A stretch of 64,000 bases of DNA from a bacterium (GTDB lineage: Bacteria; Acidobacteriota; Blastocatellia; HR10), in assembly GCA_041640655.1 (NCBI GenBank), contig JBEPZV010000004.1, positions 46,815-110,814 on the forward strand, written 5' to 3'. The notes beneath the pieces were generated by a model. That model searched no databases. It saw nothing but the letters and a program-made list of their open reading frames with translations, and was not told where the DNA came from. How positions within the stretch are numbered: position 1 is the first letter of the stretch; every line of letters starts with the position of its first letter. The position numbers and the translations under genes were made by a program. Shown piece by piece: positions 10,601-19,215 of the stretch.

Positions 10601-11021
10601 TCTGGACGACAGCGCCCGGGGAGGCCTCTTGAGTCGAGAGCAAAGGCACTTGCGCTTCCACCACGACCGTCTCCGCGATCTCCCCGACTTCGAGCGTGAA
10701 GTCCAAACGCGCGCGCTGCCCGACTTCGAGCACGATGTTCTCGCGCACGAACTTCTTGAAGCCTTGCGCCTCCGCCGTGACCGTGTAGGTCCCGATGGGC
10801 AGACTGGCGAACGTGTAATACCCCGATTGGTCGGTGGTCGTCGAATACTCCACGCCCGTCGCCTTGTTCTTGGCGACGACGGTCGCATTCGCGATCACCG
10901 CCCCGGTCGGATCGGTGACCAGCCCCGTGAGGCTGGCCGTGTGGATCTGCGCCGCTCCGCGCAGGATCACCCCCGCGCAGAGCATCCAGAGACACGCGAG
11001 GCATAGGTTCCGGCGTCGCAT
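7662..11021 (-). CDS. TonB-dependent receptor (Oar-like, carboxypeptidase-regulatory-like N domain) #1
   Basis: Signal peptide, GLVTDPTGAVI, NFILDGVDNN, YSAEYG, TKSGTNEFHG, APRIGLAY and C-terminal QFALKFYF. GGAGG RBS before ATG 11021. Confidence 0.92.
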   Translation of the reverse strand: MRRRNLCLACLWMLCAGVILRGAAQIHTASLTGLVTDPTGAVIANATVVAKNKATGVEYSTTTDQSGYYTFASLPIGTYTVTAEAQGFKKFVRENIVLEVGQRARLDFTLEVGEIAETVVVEAQVPLLSTQEASPGAVVQNRLVTDLPLSMRNWDDLMGLIAGVQGDRYTEEGGATAAGRTGGVNVHGVRSLQNNFILDGVDNNSISTNVQELTTQVVRPSVDSIQEFKIITNPYSAEYGRSPGAAISVTTKSGTNEFHGTAYWFGRNDIFDATSFFLNRAGAKKAKNRQNQFGFNVGGPIVRNHAFFFFDYEGTRIRRGVTRLGNVPTPNERIGDFSAPGYAKIFDRVGDCRAKVPDAFNPDGSFKNNRIPPECIDPVAKRILDLVPLPNLPGSGPLGNVFNFLRTPTLIDDTDKFTVRGDWQINANNNIFVRYTFSDRFRYVPGMFGGIIDGTSTSAFGRLFMKGHSAAIGWNRTLGPRVLNEFRLGWGRNASNGVQDPFGKNTLAEFGILGVRDDPLYSGGLPAIRIQARGGTQTIPGGQGGGLDHLGSPVFLPKFQFTNQFQWWDMLSITAGAHQLRFGVDVRLPMRNIYLDLPALRGDWTFDGNRTGIGMADFLLGYPSAAQLTNPHVVDARIWMASFFWQDDWKVTPKLTMNLGFRYDFATWPYEGRDRLTNLDPKTGRRFTAAPFPGFERSTVGKSLVRSDKNNVAPRIGLAYRLTPNTVIRTGYGRFFMLFERAGSEDQLGLNLPWVVNNVVTAPNPNTTANNMRLRTGFNLSLDPSAVDPRNVRLRAVNPEAVIPTVDQWNFGFQRLLPGNLIATIDYVGTKGTHLSVLRNLNQQRFNPDGTPTGILPYPDLGPIEYRDNMGNSSYHGMEVTVEKRFSHGLSFRGAWTWSKSIDYAMEHLFTGGSGSFLQNAHNIRERRGPSDFDYRHRFVLAYNYELPFGRGRTYLTEGALSHILGGWRVSGITVMRTGRPFTIIATANNTPIGGPRGGGMVTALADCLRDPTLPEDQRTVDRWFDTTAFRVPSPPRLGTCGRNTVYGPGLVNFDFALARTFEYFGEGRRLEFRWEMFNAFNTPQFGLPDRNASSGAFGRIGSLAGDPRVMQFALKFYF

Positions 11022-11063
11022 ATGCCCTCCTCCTGATGTTAGGGTTGACCGACTCAACACTTC

Positions 11064-11117
11064 AGTCTATCTCCCCGATGTTAACGCGGGGTAAAAATGC
11101 CATGAAATGTTCATGAA
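11064..11117 (-). promoter_or_regulatory. Putative Pho-box promoter for TonB receptor #1 unit
   Basis: Minus-strand hexamers TTCATG, TTCATG, TTTACC, TTAACA at an exact 11-bp period, then 9 bp, then -10 TAGACT. Same geometry as the pst operon promoter. Confidence 0.65.
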
Positions 11118-11129
11118 ATCGCGCGCTCT

Positions 11130-12593
11130 TCATACGGGCGACCACTCCTTCGGCCATCGTTCGACGATGACCTTCTTCTCCGTGTAGAACTCAATCGCAT
11201 CGCGGCCCTGACCGTGCACGACGCCGAAGAAGCTCTCCTTCCACCCGCTGAAGGGGAAGAACGCCATGGGCGCGGCCACGCCCACGTTGATGCCGATGTT
11301 ACCGGCCGGCACCTCGTATCGGAATTTCCGCGCCGCCGCGCCACTGCGGGTGAAGATCGAGGCCATGTTGCCGTAGGTGTGGCGGGAGAGGATCGCGATG
11401 GCGTCGTCCACCGTCTCGGCGCGGATGAGGCTCAGCACGGGGCCGAAGATCTCCGTCTGCCAGACCTCGCTGCCCGGGGAGACATTCTCCAGAAGCGTCG
11501 GCGCGATGAAATTCCCCTGCTCGTAGTTGGGGACCTTCACCCCGCGTCCGTCCAGCAGGAGGGTCGCGCCCTCGCTCACGCCCTTCGCGATCAGCGCCTC
11601 GATGCGCGCTTTGCTCTCGCGCGTGATGACCGGGCCCATCTGCACGCCTTCGTCCAGTCCATAGCCGACTCGAATCGAGCGCGCGGTCTCGACAATGGCT
11701 TCGCGAAACGTCCGATGCGCATCGCCGACGGTCACCGCCACCGAGACGGCCAGACACCGTTGTCCGGCGCATCCGAAGGCGCTCTCGCTGATGATCTGCG
11801 TCGCCGTCTCCAGGTCGGCATCGGGGAGGATGACGACGTGGTTCTTCGCTCCACCCTGGCACTGTACGCGCTTGCCATGAGCTGCCGCGCGAGCGTAAAT
11901 GTATTTGGCCACGGGAGTCGAGCCGACGAAGCTGATGGCGCGCACATCCGGATGCTCCAGGAGCGCATCTACGGCCGCTTTCGTCCCGTGCACGAGATTC
12001 ACCACGCCTGGGGGCAGCCCTGTCTGTTCGAGCAGCTCGAACGCGCGCGTGATCGAGAGGGGGACTTTCTCCGACGGCTTCAGGACGAACGTGTTCCCGC
12101 ACGCGATGGCATAGGGGAGGAACCAGAACGGCACCATGACCGGGAAGTTGAAGGGCGTGATGGCCGCGACCACGCCCAGGGGCTGACGGATCATGTGCTC
12201 ATCAATGCCGCGCGCGACATCCTCCAGATTGTATCCCTGCATGAGCGTGGGGATGCCGCAGGCGACTTCGATGTTCTCGATGGCGCGGCGCACTTCCCCT
12301 CGCGACTCGGCGAGCGTCTTCCCGTTCTCCATCGTGATCCAGCGCGCCAGCTCATCCAGATGCGTCTCGAAGAGCGTCTTCAGCTTGAAGAGATATTGGA
12401 CGCGCTCTTCGGCCGGCGTGCGCCGCCATTCGGGGAACGCCGCAGCAGCCGCTTCGACGGCTCGCGCGACATCGGCCTCCCCGGAGAGGGGGACTTCGGC
12501 GAGCACTTCCGCTGTCGCCGGATTAGTGACCGGCAGCGCCTCGCTCGCCATCGCAGGAACCCACTGTCCGTTGAGGTAGTTGGCGAGTCGCAT
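11130..12593 (-). CDS. iolA: CoA-acylating (methyl)malonate-semialdehyde dehydrogenase
   Basis: [30 protein letters not shown], catalytic [34 protein letters not shown]. Lies within an iol cluster. Confidence 0.92.
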   Translation of the reverse strand: MRLANYLNGQWVPAMASEALPVTNPATAEVLAEVPLSGEADVARAVEAAAAAFPEWRRTPAEERVQYLFKLKTLFETHLDELARWITMENGKTLAESRGEVRRAIENIEVACGIPTLMQGYNLEDVARGIDEHMIRQPLGVVAAITPFNFPVMVPFWFLPYAIACGNTFVLKPSEKVPLSITRAFELLEQTGLPPGVVNLVHGTKAAVDALLEHPDVRAISFVGSTPVAKYIYARAAAHGKRVQCQGGAKNHVVILPDADLETATQIISESAFGCAGQRCLAVSVAVTVGDAHRTFREAIVETARSIRVGYGLDEGVQMGPVITRESKARIEALIAKGVSEGATLLLDGRGVKVPNYEQGNFIAPTLLENVSPGSEVWQTEIFGPVLSLIRAETVDDAIAILSRHTYGNMASIFTRSGAAARKFRYEVPAGNIGINVGVAAPMAFFPFSGWKESFFGVVHGQGRDAIEFYTEKKVIVERWPKEWSPV

Positions 12594-12656
12594 GGCTTCT
12601 TCTCCTGACCTCTCATCTGCGCGCGATCTTCGCGTCGCGCGGAACGCGATCGTTGC

Positions 12657-14069
12657 TCAGGTCCGCCGCCTCCACGGCGAGAGATCGTCGTGCGCGAGTC
12701 CCCAGTGGTCGGGGTCCCGGTGGTGGAAGGCGGCGAAGATCCGCTGCGCCAGGTCCCATTCGCCGATCAGCGGGTGAACCAGAAGCGCCAGGTGCGCCCA
12801 TCGCGCCGAGCGCTCCACCGCCGCGCGGATGACCAATCGCTCGGAGGTCTTCACCGAGAGCACGAGGCCGCGCACGACGTCCGGCAGCCGTCCGACAGCC
12901 AACGGTCGCACATCCTGATGGGCGACCAGGCAGGGGACTTCGACCACATCGTCCGGCTCCAGATCAGCGAGAGCCCCCCGATTGAGCACGTTCAAGACGA
13001 GACGCTGCGGTTCTGTTCCCCAGAGGGCCATCAGGGTCTCCAAGGCGACGCGATGATACCCCGTCGTGGCCACGAAGGGATCTTCCACCTCGGGCATCTC
13101 CCCGCGCAGAGCGGATTCTGCCTTCCCCTCCAATCGCAGGTACGACGCCGAACGTCGGCGCAGATAGGCGCGATAGGTGGCCAGAGCTTCCCGCGGGCGA
13201 CCGGCGCCGATCTCTCGCGCGAGGTCTCGAAAGAGCTGCTCGTTCAAGCGCTCCAGCTCCTCCCCGCGGCTCGCCCCCACGCGCCTCTGGTTCTCAAGCG
13301 CGCGTGTGTGCGCGTAGTAGAAGAAGACGTACTCGGTCGGGATGAGTCCGAGCGCGCGAATGAGTCCGGGATCGAAGAGATCGGCCGGATACAAGTGCCT
13401 GAGCGCTTCTTCATCCTGGAGCAGCCGCGGCATCTCATCCCGACCGCGCACGAAGACGGCGCGCACCCATCCGAGGTGATTGAGCCCGAAGTAATCGCAG
13501 ACGACCTGCTCCGACGGCTCGCCGAGCGCGCGCGCGATGCGGTGGAAGAGTTCGCTCGGCGTATCGCAAATGCCCAGGACGCGGAGTCGCGTCTGCGCGG
13601 TGAGCGCTTGGGTGATCACGCCGGCCGGATTCGTGAACACCAGGACCCACGCCTCCGGATTCACCCGCTCGATCACACGCGCGTGTTCGAGGACGACGGG
13701 GATCGTGCGCAACGCCATGGCCCATCCCCCCACGCCCGTCGTCTCCTGTCCCACCACGCCGTGTTCGATGGCCAGGCGTTCATCGCGCGCGCGGGCGCGG
13801 AGGCCACCGACGCGAATGCTGGTGATGATCGCCGCGGCATCGGCCACCGCTGCTTCGAGGTCGGTCGTCACCGTCAGGGTGAACGCCCCTCCCATCTGTC
13901 GGATCAACTCTCGTCCGAGCACCGCCATCAGCTCGGCGCGCTCCTGCTCGATGTCGTAGAGGACTACTTCGCGCAGGTCGAGTGATGCCTCTCGTTCGAG
14001 AAGCCCATACAGCAGCAGCGGCGTGCGCACTCCTCCCCCACCGATGATCGTGAGCTTTCGACCCCTCAT
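12657..14069 (-). CDS. GH4 NAD+/Mn2+-dependent (phospho)glycosidase
   Basis: KLTIIGGGG, IRVGG, GQETTGVGG, FTNP, GICD and GLNH motifs. ATG 14069 overlaps the PfkB stop. Confidence 0.9.
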   Translation of the reverse strand: MRGRKLTIIGGGGVRTPLLLYGLLEREASLDLREVVLYDIEQERAELMAVLGRELIRQMGGAFTLTVTTDLEAAVADAAAIITSIRVGGLRARARDERLAIEHGVVGQETTGVGGWAMALRTIPVVLEHARVIERVNPEAWVLVFTNPAGVITQALTAQTRLRVLGICDTPSELFHRIARALGEPSEQVVCDYFGLNHLGWVRAVFVRGRDEMPRLLQDEEALRHLYPADLFDPGLIRALGLIPTEYVFFYYAHTRALENQRRVGASRGEELERLNEQLFRDLAREIGAGRPREALATYRAYLRRRSASYLRLEGKAESALRGEMPEVEDPFVATTGYHRVALETLMALWGTEPQRLVLNVLNRGALADLEPDDVVEVPCLVAHQDVRPLAVGRLPDVVRGLVLSVKTSERLVIRAAVERSARWAHLALLVHPLIGEWDLAQRIFAAFHHRDPDHWGLAHDDLSPWRRRT

Positions 14070-15019
14070 GGTCGCACGCTCTCTGCGGACATCGTCCGCA
14101 ATGTCTCTTCGATCTCTTCCCGTGTTGGGAAAGCTGCGATACCACCCAGGCCTCGCGTCGAGAGCGCCCCGCAGATCGTCGCGATCTTCAGGCACCGCTC
14201 CGGCGGCTCGCTCGACAGCCAGGCATAGAGGAAGCCGGCGTCGAAGCAATCGCCCGCGCCTGTCGTGTCCACCGCATGGATGCGAGGAGGGGCTTCGACG
14301 AACAGCTCACCGTTCCAGGACAGCATCGCTCCGACCGCCCCCCGCTTGAGCGCGATGATCGGGACGCCGGCATCAGCGAGCGCGCGAAGGGCGGCTTTCG
14401 GATCGCGCGCTCCCGTCATCTCGGCGGCCTCCCGTTCGTTCGGGAAGAAGAGATCGAGCGCGGCGAGCGCGCGGCGGCTCGCGGGATCACGTAGCCATTC
14501 TGGATGCCAGCCCACGTCCAGGGAGAGCCGCGTTCCGTGCTCGTGCAGGAAGCGACCGAGGGCCACCAACACGGCCGGATCCGGCGCGCACGCCAGGTGA
14601 ACATGTCGAGCGGCGGTCAGCGCCTTCCATCGCCGCTCGTGCGCGAGCACCGCCGGAAGCGCACGGTTCGCGCCCATATAGGTGAAGAAGGCTCGCTCAT
14701 TCTCGCGCGAGACGCTCACGGTCACTGCCGTCGGCTCCCCCTCGTGCCGGATGAGTCGGCGCGTATCCACCCCCTGAGTCTTCAGGCGCTTCTTCACCCA
14801 CGCCTCCTCCTCGCGCCCGATCGCCGCAAGCACGCTCACGCGCATCCCGAGTCGCGCCAGCCCGCATGCCGTGATGACCGCTCCGCCGCCCACGTCGCGC
14901 GCGAAGTGCGTGGCGAAGGCCTCTTCGCCCGGCTGCGGCCACGTCGAGAAACCGCTCAGGATCACGTCCACGAAGACATCGCCGACAGTGATGACGTCCC
15001 ACGCCTTGGCCTCATTCAT
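14066..15019 (-). CDS. PfkB-family carbohydrate kinase
   Basis: VGGGAVITACGLARLG, PNEREA and DTTGAGDCF signature. ATG 15019 overlaps the permease stop. Confidence 0.9.
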   Translation of the reverse strand: MNEAKAWDVITVGDVFVDVILSGFSTWPQPGEEAFATHFARDVGGGAVITACGLARLGMRVSVLAAIGREEEAWVKKRLKTQGVDTRRLIRHEGEPTAVTVSVSRENERAFFTYMGANRALPAVLAHERRWKALTAARHVHLACAPDPAVLVALGRFLHEHGTRLSLDVGWHPEWLRDPASRRALAALDLFFPNEREAAEMTGARDPKAALRALADAGVPIIALKRGAVGAMLSWNGELFVEAPPRIHAVDTTGAGDCFDAGFLYAWLSSEPPERCLKIATICGALSTRGLGGIAAFPTREEIEETLRTMSAESVRP

Positions 15020-16401
15020 GGATGTAGTGAGACCTCCTCGGCAGGCTTCGGCACGAACGGCCATTCCCGCTTTCGGTACGCGTGCCAGAGATACGCGCCC
15101 GTGCCCAGGACCAGCAGCCCCAACCCGGCGAGGATGAAGGGAAGACCGCTGGAGACGAGGATGTACATCCACCCGAGGAACGCAATGAGCACGGGCACAG
15201 GATACAGCCACATGCGAAAGGGACGAGCGATGTCCGGCCGAAAATGTCGGATCATCACGACGGCGGCGATCTGTGCGATGTACTGGATGACGATTTGAAT
15301 GACCAGCAGCGCTTTGATGATCGCGTCGAGCGTGAACCAGCAGGCCGCGGCCGAGAGGAGTCCGACCGTCACGAGCGAGAAGGCGGGGAAGCGCTTGGTC
15401 GGATGCAGTTGAGCGAAGGGCGCGAAGAATCGGCCCTCGACCGCCGCGGCATACGGGACCCGCGAGTATCCGAGAAGGATAGCGAAGATCGAGCCGAGCG
15501 ATGCCCAGAGGATCAATCCCGTGACGAGCGATCCGGCCCAGGGACCATAGAGGCGGGCGATGAAGTCAGAGACGATCGAGCTGCTCCGCATGGCTTCGCG
15601 CCAGGGGATGACGCCCAGGATCGTGACACTCATCGTGATGTAGAGCGCGGCGACGGCGAGGATCGCCAGGATGATCGAGCGCGGGATCGTCGAACCCGGA
15701 TTCTTCACCTCGCCTCCGAAGAGGCAGACGTTGAAGTAGCCCCCATAACTGTACATGGCGATGAGCGTGGCTCCTCCGAGGCCCATGAGGAATTCTCGAG
15801 AGAGGCGAAAGGCCTCGGGAGGGAGATCGAGGACGAGTCGCCACTCGAAATGCCGCAGCCCGGAGATCACGACCCACCCCACCGTCAGCATCACGACGAT
15901 CCAGAGCGCGACCGACACGCGTCCGACTGAGCGAATGTCTCGGTAGAGCAGCGCCGTGACGAAGAGGCAGAGGCCGGCGGCCAACAGCTTCGTCTCCCAG
16001 GCCGTCATCGTGGGCCAGAAATATCTCGTGTAGAGGGCGAAGCCGACAGCTCCGGAAGCGATCGAGAGCGGGGCGATGAAGATCGTCTGCCAGATGTAGA
16101 GGAAGCTCATCAACCGCCCCCACCGATTCGGGCCGTACGCCTGCTGCAGATAGAGATACGGACCTCCGGAGCCCGGCATCGCCGCTCCCAATTCCGCCCA
16201 CACAAGACCGTCACAGAGCGAGATGAGCGCTCCCACGATCCATCCGATCAGAGCATGCGGTCCCCCCATCGTCGCGATCATGATCGGGAGCGTGATGAAC
16301 GGCCCGATCCCGATCATATTCAGCATATTGGTCGAGGTCGCCTGCAACAGGCCGATCCCGCGAATGAGACCGGGGTGAGCGCTCGTCTCCGCTCGTGCCA
16401 T
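15016..16401 (-). CDS. APC-superfamily permease
   Basis: About 12 hydrophobic segments; MIGIGPF, AELGAAMPGSGGPYLYL and GGEVKNP motifs. Confidence 0.9.
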   Translation of the reverse strand: MARAETSAHPGLIRGIGLLQATSTNMLNMIGIGPFITLPIMIATMGGPHALIGWIVGALISLCDGLVWAELGAAMPGSGGPYLYLQQAYGPNRWGRLMSFLYIWQTIFIAPLSIASGAVGFALYTRYFWPTMTAWETKLLAAGLCLFVTALLYRDIRSVGRVSVALWIVVMLTVGWVVISGLRHFEWRLVLDLPPEAFRLSREFLMGLGGATLIAMYSYGGYFNVCLFGGEVKNPGSTIPRSIILAILAVAALYITMSVTILGVIPWREAMRSSSIVSDFIARLYGPWAGSLVTGLILWASLGSIFAILLGYSRVPYAAAVEGRFFAPFAQLHPTKRFPAFSLVTVGLLSAAACWFTLDAIIKALLVIQIVIQYIAQIAAVVMIRHFRPDIARPFRMWLYPVPVLIAFLGWMYILVSSGLPFILAGLGLLVLGTGAYLWHAYRKREWPFVPKPAEEVSLHP

Positions 16402-16417
16402 AAGTTGGCTCCTTCGC

Positions 16418-19111
16418 TCACCTCCTCGCGCGACGCAGGCTGATCATGTTCGCGAAGAGCCGATAGGCGCCAGCCACGCCGGCCGGGAGTTGGCGGTAGA
16501 AGGCGTATGCGGCGTAGATATAGGTCCCGCGCCCGTAGCGCGCGGCGAGCAATCCGCCGCGCTGTGGCTCTTGCCCGCGATCGTGCGACATGAGCAGCGG
16601 TTGGTATCGCGCGTCCCATTGGGTCATGAACTTTGAGCCGCGCTCCTCGACCCATCCCGCGAAGTCCGCCGCGGTGATCCGGTTTGGCCAGGTGAAGATC
16701 GGATGTGTGGGATCCAGGATCGTCACCGGCGCGTCCTCCTCGGAGACCTCCTCCGCGCGCGCGCCCAGCACGTACGGATAAGGGCCGAAGGGAGCCGCAT
16801 CGAATTCCTGCGTTTGGTATTGCACGATGAGAATCCCCCCGCGTTCGACATAATCGAGCAGGCGCCGATTATAGGCCTTCAGATCGTCTCTCACGGCGTA
16901 GGCGCGGATGCCGATCACGATGGCGTCGAAAGCATCCAGGTCAGCTGCGGCCAGATCCGCCGGACCGAGCCGCCGCACGGTGACGCCCAATTGTTCCAGC
17001 GCCTCCGGGACATGATCCCCGACGCCCATGATGTAGCCGACCGTCAATCCCGTCGCGACCTTCACATCTACCGTGCGCAGCTCGATCGCCGCCGGACGGT
17101 AGAGGTGGCGAGGTTCCAATTCCCGATAGGCGATCACATGATACCCCTCCGCGTATTCGCGACCATGATACTCAGCGACGGCCTGCACGCGATAGCTCTC
17201 GCCGGCCTTCAAGCGCGGCAGTGAGAGGTGGAACGCGAAGGTCTGGACTTCCCCCTCGTGTGTGAATCGAAAGCTCGCTTCTGACGGGGAGACCGTCCAC
17301 CCCGCGGGGACGCGCAAGCGAACTCTCCCCTGCGCGACGCCCTTGACATTGTTGCGCACCTCGACCCGCAGGGGGTACGGAAGCCGCGTCGCTCCCAACG
17401 GGATGATGCCGATGCGCGGGGAGACGGTCACGCTGAGCGGAGGCGCGACCATCAGGAGTCGACGCTGCTCGCCCCAGGGCCGATCCACGAAGACCGTCTG
17501 CGCCGGCTGCGTCAGCGTGAGCGTGAGGCCCTCCAGGCGATACGTGAAGACGCCCATCACCTCCGGCGGTGACCACGGCAGATTCACGAACTCAGGCCTC
17601 TCGATCGTGTAGACGGTGTCGTGATACTCCGAGGCGCGGGACCAATACGGGCGCGTGTATGCGGCATCCTCGGGAACGCGCACGTCGAATCGCGCGCGCG
17701 CGCGGTCGTTTCGCTCCAGCGCGCGTCCCTCCTGCTGCCGCGTGCGCACGCGCCATCCCGCGGGGACGCGCAAGGCGATCTCCACGGGCTCCACGCGGAT
17801 GGGACTCCGATTGGTGACCGTCGCCGTCACCGTGAACTGTTGCCCGGGAACGGCGACCGAGAACGTCTCTCGCAGCCGCGTGCGTTGGGAATCGCCGGGG
17901 AAGCCTTCGCCCTCTTCGCTCGGATCCACGAGGACGTCAAAGGCCAAGCCCAACGCCTTGTTCGTCGCGTCCACGAATTCCCTCTCCTTGTTGCGCAGGA
18001 GGAAGAGCAGATGGTCCTTCGCGGCCTCTTCCACGGGCGCGTGCTGCACGCGCTCGATCAGCGAGCGCGTCAGGCGAAGACCGGCGACAAGCTGGGGCAC
18101 AATGGTCCACGGGTGTCGGGCATCGAACGCCGTCAGCGCTTCATTCACGAGCGTCTGCACCTCGGTCAGCATGGGCCGGAGGTCGAGCGCAGGTCCGGCG
18201 AGCTGCGCCAGGCCGAGCCAGCTCGGATCCAGGCCGTCGAAGAGGCTCGTCTCCCGCTCGACCTGGGGCAGGACCGTTTCCACAAGCCACAGCGCGACGC
18301 GCGAGGACCCTCGGGGGGCTCGCGCCTGACCCGCCCCTTGCGAGCGGTGGCGACTCAGCCCTTCGCGGCCGAGTTCTCGATAGGAGCGGCCGAGCAGAGG
18401 ATCGTAGATCCCCGTCTCGATCTCCAGCGTCGGCGGCTCCGCATCCGAGCCGAATCGAAAGGGCGCGACATACAGCTTCTTCGCCTGCCAGGGGCGCAGC
18501 CCTTCGGCGAAATGCTCCGGGAAGCGACGGGGATCGGCGGCCGCGCGAAACGCCTCGCGCGTGATCACACCCGCCGCTTGATGGTTTCCATGCCCATCGG
18601 AGGGATCGCCACGAAATCGCGAGATGATGATGTCGGGCCGATACATCCGAATCACGCGCACGACGTCACGCAGCACGGTTTCGCGCCCCCACTTCTCCAA
18701 CGTCTCATCGAGCCGCTTCGAGAAGCCGAAATCCACGACGCGCGTGAAGAATTGATCCACGCCATAGTAGCGTCCGGCCGCCAGCAGCTCCTCCGTACGC
18801 AAGATGCCCAAGGCATCGAACAACTCGGGGCCGATCAGGTTCGCTCCCCCTTCTCCGCGGGTGAGCGTCAGCAGGCCGGTTCGGACCCCCTGTCCACGGC
18901 TGAGCCACGTGAGTAGGGCTTCGTTCTCATCATCCGGGTGCGCGGTCGTGTGCAAGACTGTGATCGTCGTGCGCAGTCGCAATAAGGCCTGCCACACGGC
19001 CGCCGCGTTCTGGTTCTCGACGATCTCTTGAACCTGTGCCGGAGCGCGAGGAGGTCGGCCGACGTGGCCGAGGCAGAGAGAGATGATAAGCGTCGCCGTC
19101 AATCCTCTCAT
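16418..19111 (-). CDS. Large secreted PIG-L/LmbE-family de-N-acetylase with NEW3/Ig-like and C-terminal GATase-like domains
   Basis: AHPDDE, TRGEGG, RTEEL, DFGFSK and HGNH motifs; signal peptide; C-terminal FYRQLPAGVAGAYRLFAN. Confidence 0.88.
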   Translation of the reverse strand: MRGLTATLIISLCLGHVGRPPRAPAQVQEIVENQNAAAVWQALLRLRTTITVLHTTAHPDDENEALLTWLSRGQGVRTGLLTLTRGEGGANLIGPELFDALGILRTEELLAAGRYYGVDQFFTRVVDFGFSKRLDETLEKWGRETVLRDVVRVIRMYRPDIIISRFRGDPSDGHGNHQAAGVITREAFRAAADPRRFPEHFAEGLRPWQAKKLYVAPFRFGSDAEPPTLEIETGIYDPLLGRSYRELGREGLSRHRSQGAGQARAPRGSSRVALWLVETVLPQVERETSLFDGLDPSWLGLAQLAGPALDLRPMLTEVQTLVNEALTAFDARHPWTIVPQLVAGLRLTRSLIERVQHAPVEEAAKDHLLFLLRNKEREFVDATNKALGLAFDVLVDPSEEGEGFPGDSQRTRLRETFSVAVPGQQFTVTATVTNRSPIRVEPVEIALRVPAGWRVRTRQQEGRALERNDRARARFDVRVPEDAAYTRPYWSRASEYHDTVYTIERPEFVNLPWSPPEVMGVFTYRLEGLTLTLTQPAQTVFVDRPWGEQRRLLMVAPPLSVTVSPRIGIIPLGATRLPYPLRVEVRNNVKGVAQGRVRLRVPAGWTVSPSEASFRFTHEGEVQTFAFHLSLPRLKAGESYRVQAVAEYHGREYAEGYHVIAYRELEPRHLYRPAAIELRTVDVKVATGLTVGYIMGVGDHVPEALEQLGVTVRRLGPADLAAADLDAFDAIVIGIRAYAVRDDLKAYNRRLLDYVERGGILIVQYQTQEFDAAPFGPYPYVLGARAEEVSEEDAPVTILDPTHPIFTWPNRITAADFAGWVEERGSKFMTQWDARYQPLLMSHDRGQEPQRGGLLAARYGRGTYIYAAYAFYRQLPAGVAGAYRLFANMISLRRARR

Positions 19112-19215
19112 GGTCCTTCGTCTCCTCTCCGCTCGCTCTCTCACAAGGGCAGGCTACCGCCGATCCCCCTCTCGGGGGCGGAAGGCACCCGATCGGCCCC
19201 TCTCGACAAGGCCGT

